DNA of 64,000 nt, taken from a virus. The DNA lies in IMG/VR virus record IMGVR_UViG_3300029448_008324, positions 44,412 to 108,411 of that record, one strand, 5' to 3'. Positions 18,949 through 28,795 of this stretch are shown here, piece by piece. The stretch's first letter is position 1. Every line of letters starts with the position of its first letter. Below the pieces are notes generated by a model, which was given only the letters and a program-made list of their open reading frames with translations, did not search any database and was not told where the DNA came from. The position numbers were made by a program, and so were the translations under genes.

Positions 18949-19676
18949 CGCAAATGAAAGTATTCGTTGGCTGGGATTCAAGAGAGGACATTGCCTTTCA
19001 AGTGGCCAAACATTCAATACAAAAACACAATCCCGATGTTGAAGTATATCCACTAAAATTACCAACACTGCAAGAACTTGGAATATACACAAGAGGTGTT
19101 GATGCCAAAGCATCTACTGAATTTACATTCTCTAGATTTTTTGTGCCCATGCTGACTGGATACAAAGGTTGGGCATTGTTCATTGACTGTGACTTTCTTT
19201 GCAGAGCAGACATAAAAGAATTATTCAATCAAGCCAATGACAACTATGCAGTAATGGTTGCAAAGCATGATTATACTCCTAAAGAAGGAACCAAAATGGA
19301 TGGCAAACAACAATTACAATATCCAAGAAAAAATTGGTCATCTTGCATGTTGTGGAACTGTGAACATCCTGCAAACAAACTGCTTGATGCAAATTCCATG
19401 AACACTAATGATGGACTATGGCATCATAGATTTGTTTGGTTGGCTGATCATGAGATAGGCGAAATATCACATGAATGGAACTGGCTTACTGATTGGTACA
19501 CTGCCCCTGAAGACGGTGAACCAAAAATGCTTCACTACACAGAAGGTGGTCCATGGTTTGAACATCTACAGGATGTGCCATATGCACAGCAATGGCGTGA
19601 TGCTGAAAAAGAATACAAAGCATCTCTAGAAGACACTGTGGATGACAAGATTGCCAAAAACGACGGCGGCTGGTAA
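18945..19676 (+). CDS. GT-A glycosyltransferase
   Basis: VGWDSRE, STEFTFSRF, FIDCDF (DxD), YPRKNWSS, HYTEGGPW. Confidence 0.85.
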   Translation: MTQMKVFVGWDSREDIAFQVAKHSIQKHNPDVEVYPLKLPTLQELGIYTRGVDAKASTEFTFSRFFVPMLTGYKGWALFIDCDFLCRADIKELFNQANDNYAVMVAKHDYTPKEGTKMDGKQQLQYPRKNWSSCMLWNCEHPANKLLDANSMNTNDGLWHHRFVWLADHEIGEISHEWNWLTDWYTAPEDGEPKMLHYTEGGPWFEHLQDVPYAQQWRDAEKEYKASLEDTVDDKIAKNDGGW

Positions 19677-19691
19677 AACTTAAATAAAATT

Positions 19692-20303
19692 ATGTTCACA
19701 GGATTGTCCAAAGGATCAGACCAACAAGTGCCATGGCCTTGGACACAAACAGACAACGTAATCGATGATTATGCTACTCTGTTGCCATACTTCACACAGT
19801 TATCACAAATTGATGAAACTTCTGACCTTAAAGACAATAAAATTTTTACCAGTGCAAATAAAAGATTAAAAATAAAATTTTTACAAGATTGGTTAGAACA
19901 AGCAGACGAATGGTTAAACAAAAATCTTGAAGAACTTTTAAGTTATTGGCCTCATCATAGAAAATTCCAAAACTACAAAGGCCAAGTGCAAATCACAAGA
20001 CAAGCACCTGCTCCCTATAGATTTCCTGTGCATGACGAAAGTTATAACAAATGTTGGAGTGGTGTGATTTATTGTGCCCCTCAAGAAGGCACAGGCACAG
20101 GCATGTACACTAATATCAATGGTAACTCTGTGCAAGATGGACATACAATATCCATTGCAAACAGATGGGGATGTGCAACCTGGAAACCAAACAGAGCTTT
20201 TATATTTGCTGGCATAACTTCTAAAACATGGCATGACTATGAAGCTGTGATTAATGCACACAGAATAACCGTGAATCTTTTCATTCAAAAAAGAAAACAA
20301 TAA
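19692..20303 (+). CDS. 2OG-Fe(II) oxygenase-like protein
   Basis: VHDE, TWHD, RITVNLF pattern. Confidence 0.65.
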   Translation: MFTGLSKGSDQQVPWPWTQTDNVIDDYATLLPYFTQLSQIDETSDLKDNKIFTSANKRLKIKFLQDWLEQADEWLNKNLEELLSYWPHHRKFQNYKGQVQITRQAPAPYRFPVHDESYNKCWSGVIYCAPQEGTGTGMYTNINGNSVQDGHTISIANRWGCATWKPNRAFIFAGITSKTWHDYEAVINAHRITVNLFIQKRKQ

Positions 20304-20311
20304 ATTAACTT

Positions 20312-22030
20312 ATGTGTGGTATCTATGGTATAACCAAAAAAGACATAAGATTGATTGACTCGTATATTGCCACATGCTGGTACAGAGGTCCAGATGGTCA
20401 TGACATATGGAGTGATGATGATGTCACACTAGGACACAATTTACTTTCCATCACATCACAACCATTACAAGGCAAACAACCATGGATCACAGACAAAGGC
20501 AATGTGTTGGTGTACAACGGAGAAATATTCAACTATCAAGAATTAGTTGACCAATTTCACTTTACACCCAAGACCACTTGCGACACAGAACTACTTGCAT
20601 TTTTACTGGACAAGTTTGGTGTTGATGCAGTCAATCACATTGATTCCATGCATGCCTTTGCTTATTATGACACAAGCAACAAAACAATTATTCTCAGTAG
20701 AGATCATGTGGGCATCAAACCTTTGTTCTATGCAGAGATATCTGATGGCATAATATTTGGATCTGAAATCAAAGGCCTGTTGGATCATGTGCCCAACAGC
20801 AGATGTATAGATGAGTTGGCAGCTGCATGTATGTCTTACTCTGGCAACAACGTCACAAGAAACACTATGTTTAGCAACATCAAAAAAGTGATGCCAGGCG
20901 AAACTGTGGTGTACAGCGTAGCACACAAAAAATTTATATCGCACAACAGAACTGTGATCACTCCAACATCAAATTCATCATTAGACTATGCACAGTTTAG
21001 ACACGAAGCACATGAAACTGTAAAAATGTCCACACTTGGCATCAGAAAGTTTGGTATGTTTTTGTCAGGAGGATTAGACAGCACACTAGTTGCATATGAA
21101 TTAAAAAAGATACTAGGCGAATTGGATTCTTTTACCAATCAAATGAATCCTAATGTGAGAATAGGCGAAGACTTCAATGATGATGCAAACTGTGCCAAAA
21201 GATTTGCTGAAGACTTTGACTTCAATCATCATCCTGTAGAAATGACCCCTAAACTTGTAGAACAATTTTGGGAAGACTCAATGTTCTTGATGGAACAGCC
21301 TGTGTATAACATGAATCTGCCAATGTATTATTACACCAATAAATTTTTAAGCAACAAGGGAGTTGTTGTAACCATGGCAGGCGACATGGGGGATGAACTG
21401 TTAGGGGGATATCCTAAGTATTGGAAACTTAGAAAAGATCTTCCTAAATCATTCAACGACATGATATGGAAATGGATGCACCGTATCAAAAGGCCAATTA
21501 AACTTGTTAGTAAAATTGATCCTCAAGACATACACAGTGAATTGTGTAAAATAATACCACAAGAGTTATGGAACGACAAAGATCCAATCAATTCTTACAT
21601 GGCAGTTGATTGTGTTACACAGGTGCCAGAAGAATTTTTTTCACGCAACGATCAGTTTGGTATGCGTTTTTCTATGGAGGGTAGGTTTCCATTGGCAACA
21701 AAAAGATTCATGAAATACTGCATGGACATACACAGTGATCACAAAATAGGACGTGAAAAATCAGAAACAAAACTGCCAACTAAATTAGCATACAAAGGTT
21801 ACATGCCAGACTACATCATTAACAAAATGAAAACTGGTTGGAGTGTGCCACTGATATATTGGATCAGCGACCACAAACATCTCAATGATCTAGCCATGCA
21901 ATACATGACCGGCAACGATTGTTTGAAAGATGTTGTGGGCATGGACAATTGGGACCAAAAGAAAACTAAAGTGGTAAGTTGGATGATGCGGACATGGGCA
22001 AAATCTTACTGCATGCAATTGAAGGCATAA
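20312..22030 (+). CDS. asnB: Asparagine synthase (glutamine-hydrolysing)-family amidotransferase
   Basis: MCGIYG, RGPD, YNGEIFN, RDHVGIKPLFY, LSGGLDS, GDMGDELLGGY. Confidence 0.92.
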   Translation: MCGIYGITKKDIRLIDSYIATCWYRGPDGHDIWSDDDVTLGHNLLSITSQPLQGKQPWITDKGNVLVYNGEIFNYQELVDQFHFTPKTTCDTELLAFLLDKFGVDAVNHIDSMHAFAYYDTSNKTIILSRDHVGIKPLFYAEISDGIIFGSEIKGLLDHVPNSRCIDELAAACMSYSGNNVTRNTMFSNIKKVMPGETVVYSVAHKKFISHNRTVITPTSNSSLDYAQFRHEAHETVKMSTLGIRKFGMFLSGGLDSTLVAYELKKILGELDSFTNQMNPNVRIGEDFNDDANCAKRFAEDFDFNHHPVEMTPKLVEQFWEDSMFLMEQPVYNMNLPMYYYTNKFLSNKGVVVTMAGDMGDELLGGYPKYWKLRKDLPKSFNDMIWKWMHRIKRPIKLVSKIDPQDIHSELCKIIPQELWNDKDPINSYMAVDCVTQVPEEFFSRNDQFGMRFSMEGRFPLATKRFMKYCMDIHSDHKIGREKSETKLPTKLAYKGYMPDYIINKMKTGWSVPLIYWISDHKHLNDLAMQYMTGNDCLKDVVGMDNWDQKKTKVVSWMMRTWAKSYCMQLKA

Positions 22031-22818
22031 CCAGAAGCCATTTCATCAAGAGTAAACTGCTGATGTGCTAGATGCCATAACCAAGGTTCTCTGTCTGGCC
22101 GATTTGGATTTTCAATATTTTCAAACTTTGTTGCCATCGGATAAGCTGAACATTCGGGTCCACATATTACAGGAATACCCATGCACACAGCTTTTATAGC
22201 AACCATTGAATTGAATGTAACCACGCACCATGCATCTTTGAGATCTTGTTCTAAAGGGGGTTGATCTCCTGTTTTGTCAAATCCTTTCAACTGTGTAATT
22301 CCGTTTGATGTTTGCACTTGAGGATTCAAAGGCTTGTCTCTCACCCTTATTTCACGGTTTGTTTGCTGTTTTAAGGTCTCTACAGTAGTGTCTAACCATT
22401 GCTGTGCATCAAAGAACCATTCAATTGCTCCAGTTGGAGGACATACAACAACTTGTGTTCCAGTTGTTTGCCATGGCACTACATCTTGTTGAAAGTGTTG
22501 TTCGTATCTGTCAGGTGTTTGCTCTGTAAGTTCAGCATTAGTGTGTGCATTTTTGGTTACTCTATACCAATTTGTTTTGTTGTCATGTCCTGCTTTGAAA
22601 TAAGCATGATCACAAAAATAAAAGTCATGCTCACCACGTTTCATCATGTCGCCTGCGCCTCTGAGTATGCCCCAATAAAAGTATTCATCATCGGGCATAG
22701 GTTGTCCATTTGGAATAGGATCGATAATCACACCGTTGGTACCTTTGGCCCACTGTTGCACAATGCCCTCTGTGGCTTTACGCATGGTTCTAACGCAACG
22801 CATCATACATCCTTCCAA
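22006..22818 (-). CDS. KpsS/KpsC-like capsule-polysaccharide (GT-B) protein, paralogue 1
   Basis: IRVRDKP; VVTFNSMVAIKAVCMGIPV; start may be 22806/22803. Confidence 0.55.
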   Translation of the reverse strand: MEGCMMRCVRTMRKATEGIVQQWAKGTNGVIIDPIPNGQPMPDDEYFYWGILRGAGDMMKRGEHDFYFCDHAYFKAGHDNKTNWYRVTKNAHTNAELTEQTPDRYEQHFQQDVVPWQTTGTQVVVCPPTGAIEWFFDAQQWLDTTVETLKQQTNREIRVRDKPLNPQVQTSNGITQLKGFDKTGDQPPLEQDLKDAWCVVTFNSMVAIKAVCMGIPVICGPECSAYPMATKFENIENPNRPDREPWLWHLAHQQFTLDEMASGYAFNCMQ

Positions 22819-23581
22819 ACATGTCTTTGAACAAACCAGATTCTATTTCTTCCTGTGTGTATTGATGCCAACTGAGTGTTGCCAACCAATCTTCACGATT
22901 GTTGGTATAAATTGGCGTGCCAAAATTTTCAATAGTTTGCGACACAGGACGTGCAGGACATCTTGCATGACAATACACCGGCACTCCTTGAATAATAGCA
23001 TCAATTGAAACCATCGAACATGATGTTACCACGCAGTGTGCATGTTTCAAGTCTTCTGACAGAGGTACATCGGCATATGCAGGACCACTCTTGCCATTTT
23101 TCCTTGGCTTGTGTCTGACCTTGATAGGCATGTTGGTCTGTGTGCGTAGCCATTCAACAGTTTGTTGTTCCCAATTACGTTGTCCAATGTATGAATTAAC
23201 TGTGATAGAAGATGGTGCAACCAAAATGTAATCGCCTTTGTGTTCACGCCATGGTTTGATGTCGATGTGTTGTATTCTATTGCGTGGAAGGTCTTGCATA
23301 ATTTGTGTGACATGAATATCTCCAAAACAAATTCTCCAAAAATATTCTCCTTGTGGATTCACCGCTTCTTTCAAAGGATTCCATCTACCCCAGTAAGGCA
23401 TGTCACAAAACAACCAAGGTTGTTGATTGTTTTTTAGTGCAACTGCTCTATTGTAGTTGCCAACAGCTAGTCCCCACATGGTTGGAATCCCTTGTGGATT
23501 GTGATATTTTTGCATGGGGCCAAGTGTATACCATGCTTTAGAATCTTTGCCGTGGCCATTGTTGATTACATTTAGTTTCAT
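22790..23581 (-). CDS. KpsS/KpsC-like protein, paralogue 2
   Basis: IKVRHKP; VVTSCSMVSIDAIIQGVPV; REDWLATLSWHQYT. Confidence 0.55.
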   Translation of the reverse strand: MKLNVINNGHGKDSKAWYTLGPMQKYHNPQGIPTMWGLAVGNYNRAVALKNNQQPWLFCDMPYWGRWNPLKEAVNPQGEYFWRICFGDIHVTQIMQDLPRNRIQHIDIKPWREHKGDYILVAPSSITVNSYIGQRNWEQQTVEWLRTQTNMPIKVRHKPRKNGKSGPAYADVPLSEDLKHAHCVVTSCSMVSIDAIIQGVPVYCHARCPARPVSQTIENFGTPIYTNNREDWLATLSWHQYTQEEIESGLFKDMFGRMYDALR

Positions 23582-24390
23582 TTAATTTTATCCCAATAAT
23601 TGTTTTTGTGTGGACGATAAATGTCTGTGCGTTTGGAACGACCTACTACCTTGCGTGCTCCTTTGAGATGATCCATGTATGCACCCAAAGGCGAATTAAT
23701 AAACACATGCCCTCCTGGAATGTGTGGATGTCCTTCTGAAATGTTGAAAGACTGCATGCCACGTTCTGTATACTTTTTTTGCAATACCCAAAACAAATAA
23801 GAATCATGATATTCAATTTCGTTGAACAATGAATCTGTGCGATACATGTCTTGCCAGTCTTGCATGAATGATTGATTGTGTAAGGATCTAGTGTCGTAGA
23901 TTACAAAGCCGCACTCAGGATAAATTTTTTGTCTACCAAGATATGCACAATAATGATTTTCTGGAAGGAGGCTCTCAATGAAACCATCTGGAACATCAGA
24001 ATGGGTAACAACATCTGCGTCCAGCCAGACAACTAAGTCTGAGTCTGCATTGAGAGCCGCATGTGATACACAATATGATTTATGTGCAAACTTGACAGCG
24101 TCCCACAAATATGAATATTTTGCGTTTGTTTCTGTGCCTGGCTTAATGCCATTTGCATGGGGATTGGATTTGTGTCTTTGCTTAAATTCTTTCAACTTAG
24201 GACAAGCGTAGTTGATGTCAATCCATTCAACCCTGTCTGAAAATGCTTTGTTGGTAGGCATCCATTCATAGTAGACTTGCAATTTAATTGATTGAGGCCA
24301 GTGTTTGTCAAAGGTCTCAATCATGCGTTTGCCATACTGTCCGTATCCAGACTGAGACATTGTGGTTATAACCGTTTTGGATGTTGGCAT
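23578..24390 (-). CDS. GT-A glycosyltransferase, DAD family paralogue 1
   Basis: WDAVKFAHK, WLDAD, ECGF, YHDSY, FINSPLGAYMDHLKG. Confidence 0.7.
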   Translation of the reverse strand: MPTSKTVITTMSQSGYGQYGKRMIETFDKHWPQSIKLQVYYEWMPTNKAFSDRVEWIDINYACPKLKEFKQRHKSNPHANGIKPGTETNAKYSYLWDAVKFAHKSYCVSHAALNADSDLVVWLDADVVTHSDVPDGFIESLLPENHYCAYLGRQKIYPECGFVIYDTRSLHNQSFMQDWQDMYRTDSLFNEIEYHDSYLFWVLQKKYTERGMQSFNISEGHPHIPGGHVFINSPLGAYMDHLKGARKVVGRSKRTDIYRPHKNNYWDKIK

Positions 24391-24399
24391 GGTGGCAAG

Positions 24400-24409
24400 T
24401 ATTTAAATA
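24400..24409. promoter_or_regulatory. Palindromic bidirectional late promoter TATTTAAATA
   Basis: TAAATA on both strands between divergent starts 24390(-) and 24434(+). Confidence 0.55.
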
Positions 24410-24433
24410 GCACATATTGAAAGTTGATGTATC

Positions 24434-25297
24434 GTGAAAAATATTTTAGTCACCGGAAGCAATGGTTTTATAGGCTCGAATCTTGTGCCAGCACTGGAAA
24501 AACATTACAAAGTTTTTTGTCATGACAGAGCAGATGGCGACTTGTGTACACAACAAAATTTTCCACAAGTAGATGCAGTATTTCATTTGGCGGCAAATGT
24601 ATCCACGCATGAATTTTATACTAAAAGTTTTGAAGTGATCAAAAACAATGTTACTGCCACAATCAATTTGTGTGAATTTTATCGAAAACAAGAACAAAAA
24701 CCTTTATTCATCTACGCAGGCACGTCAGAGGCACAAGCAGGGGCTACAGAACATTTTGATTACAAGATACCAACTGACGAATCCTGTCCGTTTGTAATTA
24801 CAGATCCTAAAAATTTAAGATGGTCATATGCTTCTAGCAAAGCTATTGGTGAACAAATTGTTATTGCATCCGGTTTGCCTTACATAATTTTTAGGCCTTT
24901 CAATGTGTATGGACCAAAACAAACTGGACATTTTATTCCAGAATTCATAGAAAGAGCACTCAAGAATAAATTTGAATTGTATGGTCACACAAACACAAGG
25001 AGTTGGTTACACATAGACGATTGTGTAGATGCACTCATGTCACTTCTTCAAAACTCTAATATGACCACTGGAGAAATTTTCAACATTGGACATTCAGATG
25101 AAATCGCTGTCATTGACGTGGCAAAGTGTATTCTCAAGCACATGGAAAAAGATGTAGATATAGCACTACACGACGCACCCTTAGGCAGTGTGTCAAGAAG
25201 AGCACCAGACATCAACAAAATAAAAAACATTGTTGGATGGATTCCAAAAATTAATTTAGATGAAGGAATCAAGAACACTGTGGAGGCCATGACATGA
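24434..25297 (+). CDS. NAD-dependent NDP-sugar epimerase/decarboxylase (SDR)
   Basis: TGSNGFIG, YASSK, FNVYGP. Confidence 0.9.
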   Translation: MKNILVTGSNGFIGSNLVPALEKHYKVFCHDRADGDLCTQQNFPQVDAVFHLAANVSTHEFYTKSFEVIKNNVTATINLCEFYRKQEQKPLFIYAGTSEAQAGATEHFDYKIPTDESCPFVITDPKNLRWSYASSKAIGEQIVIASGLPYIIFRPFNVYGPKQTGHFIPEFIERALKNKFELYGHTNTRSWLHIDDCVDALMSLLQNSNMTTGEIFNIGHSDEIAVIDVAKCILKHMEKDVDIALHDAPLGSVSRRAPDINKIKNIVGWIPKINLDEGIKNTVEAMT

Positions 25298-26091
25298 AAG
25301 TTGGCGTAATTGGTATCGGTGTGGTAGGCAATGCAAACAAAGTAGGATTTGAACAACTAGGTCATGAAGTAATGGTGCATGATATTAAACTTGGAACAAA
25401 CATCAACAATGTCTTAGACACAGAAGCAGTGTTTGTTTGTGTGCCAACTCCAAGTGCAAAAGATGGCAGTTGTGATACAACCATTGTAAAAAGTGTGATT
25501 ATGGATTTAAATCATCTTGGATATCAAGGAATAGTTGCAATAAGATCAAGCACAGTACCAGGATTTTGTCAGTCAATGATTGATGAATACACAAAATTAA
25601 AAATTTGTTTTGTACCTGAGTTTATTAGAGAAAGACATTCAGTTGATGACTTTACAAAAGATCACTCTATTCTTGTCATAGGCACAGAAGACAACACAAC
25701 CTTTAATGTAATTAAAAAATGTCACGGTCATTATCCCAAACATGTACAACAACTAAAACCAACTGAAGCAGAAATTTGCAAATACTACATGAACATCTAC
25801 GCCGCTTTGAGAATTACCTATGCAAACATAGTATATGAAGTTGCAAAAAAATTCGATTGTGATTACACTGCTATCAAAGATGCGTATGTCAAAACAGGAA
25901 GACATGCTGACATGTATCTTGATGTTGATCCTGCCTTGCGTGGATATGGAGGTGCGTGCTTGCCTAAGGATACTAAAGCATGGATACGCTTGTTAAAAGA
26001 TCTAAATCTCGATTATGAATTATTTGAAACTGTTCAAGAAGATAATAAAAAATTTAAAACAACAATTTTTCCAGGAATGAGACCAGAATGA
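25294..26091 (+). CDS. UDP-glucose/GDP-mannose dehydrogenase family (lacks C-terminal domain)
   Basis: GIGVVG, VCVPTP, PEFIRE, GYGGACLPKD. Confidence 0.88.
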   Translation: MKVGVIGIGVVGNANKVGFEQLGHEVMVHDIKLGTNINNVLDTEAVFVCVPTPSAKDGSCDTTIVKSVIMDLNHLGYQGIVAIRSSTVPGFCQSMIDEYTKLKICFVPEFIRERHSVDDFTKDHSILVIGTEDNTTFNVIKKCHGHYPKHVQQLKPTEAEICKYYMNIYAALRITYANIVYEVAKKFDCDYTAIKDAYVKTGRHADMYLDVDPALRGYGGACLPKDTKAWIRLLKDLNLDYELFETVQEDNKKFKTTIFPGMRPE

Positions 26092-26915
26092 GATCATTAG
26101 AAGTTGCAACCACATACAACAAAAAATATTATGACATCTGCGGGAAAAAGATGATAGAAACATTCATCGAGTTTTGGCCTAAGGATATTAATTTATACTG
26201 CTATTGGCAAGAACAGGTACCTGAGATATTTGCAGACAATGTGCATTATATAGAATTATACAAAGCACAGCCTCAGCTGAAACAATTTGTAGATGCAAAT
26301 AAAAATGACCCAGTTAAATGTGGTATGAAAAATGGACAATACTCCTTTCAGCGTGACGGAGTAAAATTTAGTCACAAAGTTTTTGCACAGTCACATCGAA
26401 TTGTTAATTCATCATCTGACATGTTGTTATATTTGGACGCAGACACATACACACATGCAACACCAAATTTAAATTATCTTAATGAGATATTACCAGAAAA
26501 TGCACTTGCAACTTTTTTTGGAAGACCTAAATTGTATGACGAAACTGGTTTTTACATGCACAATTTAAAACATGCCAAAGCAACAGACTGGGCAAATACC
26601 ATGGAGAGAATTTATCTTAATGGTGAGTTATGGAACTATGAAATGCAAGTAGATTGTTATACCATGTATAAAGCAAGGCAGGAACACCATAATTCTTTTT
26701 GTTTAGATCTAGTAGAACATCATCTTTCACAGCACGGTACAGCTCTAGGCAAAAGTCATCCATTTGTTAATTCACCACTTGGCTTATTTTTAGATCATTT
26801 GAAAGGTGATAGAAAAGAGATTGGACACTCTAAAATTTCAGATCTCAAAGAAACCAATCTACGCCAAAATATACAAGCCGATCATTGGAAACGTATAGAT
26901 AACAAAAATGAATAG
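26088..26915 (+). CDS. GT-A glycosyltransferase, DAD family paralogue 2
   Basis: DGVKFSHKVF, YLDAD, ETGF, HPFVNSPLGLFLDHLKG. Confidence 0.7.
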   Translation: MRSLEVATTYNKKYYDICGKKMIETFIEFWPKDINLYCYWQEQVPEIFADNVHYIELYKAQPQLKQFVDANKNDPVKCGMKNGQYSFQRDGVKFSHKVFAQSHRIVNSSSDMLLYLDADTYTHATPNLNYLNEILPENALATFFGRPKLYDETGFYMHNLKHAKATDWANTMERIYLNGELWNYEMQVDCYTMYKARQEHHNSFCLDLVEHHLSQHGTALGKSHPFVNSPLGLFLDHLKGDRKEIGHSKISDLKETNLRQNIQADHWKRIDNKNE

Positions 26916-27642
26916 AACCATAGAACTAGCAACCACATACAACAAAAAATATTATGATCTTTGTGGTAAAAGGATGATTGAATCATTTGTGCAACACTGG
27001 CCCAAACATTGCACGCTCCATGTGTACTGGCAAGAACAACAGCCAGAAATCATAGGAGACAACATAGTGTATCATGAACTGTACAAAGTACAACCACAAC
27101 TCAAAGAGTTTGTAGACAAATGGAAAGACGATCCAGAAAAAAATGGCTGGCGTGAAGATAGACAAAAGTGGGTTTGGAAAAATGACGGAGTAAAATTTAG
27201 TCACAAAGTTTTTGCACAGACACACAGAATTAAAAATTCAACCGCTGATGTAATACTGTATTCAGATGCTGACACTTTGTACACAGCAAAACCAAATTTG
27301 AATTACTTGTCTGAAATTTGTCCAAATGATGCACTATGCACATTTTTTGATAGACCAAAATTAAGAGATGAAACAGGTTTTTACATGCACAATCCAAGAC
27401 ATCCTAGAGCAAAAGATTGGGCAAACAGGATGGAAGAGATATATCTCACAGGCGAACTTTGGGGATATGATAACATGCAGGCGGATCAATATACAATGGC
27501 CATTGGTAGAGATTCATTCAAAGATTGCAAACAGACAGATTTGATGAAATGGTATCCAGGAATCAAAAGCAGCGATCCAGTGCCACATTCGCCACTTGCA
27601 GAATTTTTAGATCACATGAAAGGGGACAAAAAAAATGGTTAA
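26908..27642 (+). CDS. GT-A glycosyltransferase, DAD family paralogue 3 (tandem duplicate)
   Basis: DGVKFSHKVF, YSDAD, ETGF, FLDHMKG; shares identical DNA blocks with the preceding gene. Confidence 0.7.
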   Translation: MNRTIELATTYNKKYYDLCGKRMIESFVQHWPKHCTLHVYWQEQQPEIIGDNIVYHELYKVQPQLKEFVDKWKDDPEKNGWREDRQKWVWKNDGVKFSHKVFAQTHRIKNSTADVILYSDADTLYTAKPNLNYLSEICPNDALCTFFDRPKLRDETGFYMHNPRHPRAKDWANRMEEIYLTGELWGYDNMQADQYTMAIGRDSFKDCKQTDLMKWYPGIKSSDPVPHSPLAEFLDHMKGDKKNG

Positions 27643-28795
27643 TGTAATCTATCCTTTGGCATCAAGCACATGGGGACCAGAAGAAGTTCAAGCAATTCAA
27701 AATGTAATAGCATCAGACATGTATACCATGGGAGGTGCAGTAAAACAGTTTGAAAAAGAATACGCCAAACATTTTGGACATGATCATGCTGTGATGACGA
27801 ACTCAGGTTCATCAGCTAATCTGTTGATGTTGTCACTGTTAAAATTAAAATACAAACTAACAGGTGACATTATTGTGCCTGCTGTGGGTTGGTCAACCAG
27901 TTACTTTCCTGTCAATCAAAATGGATTCAAATTAAACTTCGTTGATGTTGATCCACAAACATACAACATAGACACCACAAAAATTGAACAAGCCATCACT
28001 CCAAACACTTGTGCTATTATGGCTATTAATCTGTTAGGTAATCCTTGTGACTTTGATACTATCTATGAGATTGCAGACAAACACAATCTTTTTGTGATTG
28101 AAGACAACTGCGAATCCATGGGTGCAAAATACAATGACAGGTATACTGGCGGTCATGGCATCATTGGCACGCAATCATTTTTCTTTTCACATCACATGCA
28201 AACCATGGAAGGCGGCATGGTCACTGTGGACAATCAGGAAGACGCTGATTGGTTGCGTTCACTGAGAGCACATGGTTGGTGCAGAGACTTGTCACCAGAC
28301 AATCCATTGTTTCAAAAGACAGGTTCTTGGAAAGACAATTTTACATTTGTTACTCCTGGCTACGCTTTGCGTCCATTAGAGATGAGCGGAGCAGTGGGTT
28401 CCGAACAATTGAAAAAATGGGACAACATCATGTCAGCAAGAATGAAAAACAAAGAACATTTTTTTTCCAAGTTTGGCGATGAAAAATATTTAAAATTACA
28501 AAAGACACAGGGCGAAAGCAGTTGGTTTTCTTTTGGTTGTATCTGCACAGGAGCATTAGCAGGCAGAAGAGATGAACTGGTCACTGCACTCACAGAAGCA
28601 GGCATCCAATCAAGACCACTGGCATCAGGCAATTGGTTAACACAACCTGTGATGAGCATGTTGGATTACACCGCAACTGGAGACTACTCTGGTGCAGACC
28701 TTATTGAAGATGAAGGATTTTTTGTAGGCAACGGTATGCAAGATGTCACTCAAGGCATTGATGCCATGTATGAGGTAATACAAAAGTTAGTATGA
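27635..28795 (+). CDS. DegT/DnrJ PLP enzyme, ColD/E1-type 3-dehydratase
   Basis: NSGSSANL, EDNCESMGA, SFFFSHHMQTMEGG (His at the usual Lys position). Confidence 0.85.
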   Translation: MVNVIYPLASSTWGPEEVQAIQNVIASDMYTMGGAVKQFEKEYAKHFGHDHAVMTNSGSSANLLMLSLLKLKYKLTGDIIVPAVGWSTSYFPVNQNGFKLNFVDVDPQTYNIDTTKIEQAITPNTCAIMAINLLGNPCDFDTIYEIADKHNLFVIEDNCESMGAKYNDRYTGGHGIIGTQSFFFSHHMQTMEGGMVTVDNQEDADWLRSLRAHGWCRDLSPDNPLFQKTGSWKDNFTFVTPGYALRPLEMSGAVGSEQLKKWDNIMSARMKNKEHFFSKFGDEKYLKLQKTQGESSWFSFGCICTGALAGRRDELVTALTEAGIQSRPLASGNWLTQPVMSMLDYTATGDYSGADLIEDEGFFVGNGMQDVTQGIDAMYEVIQKLV

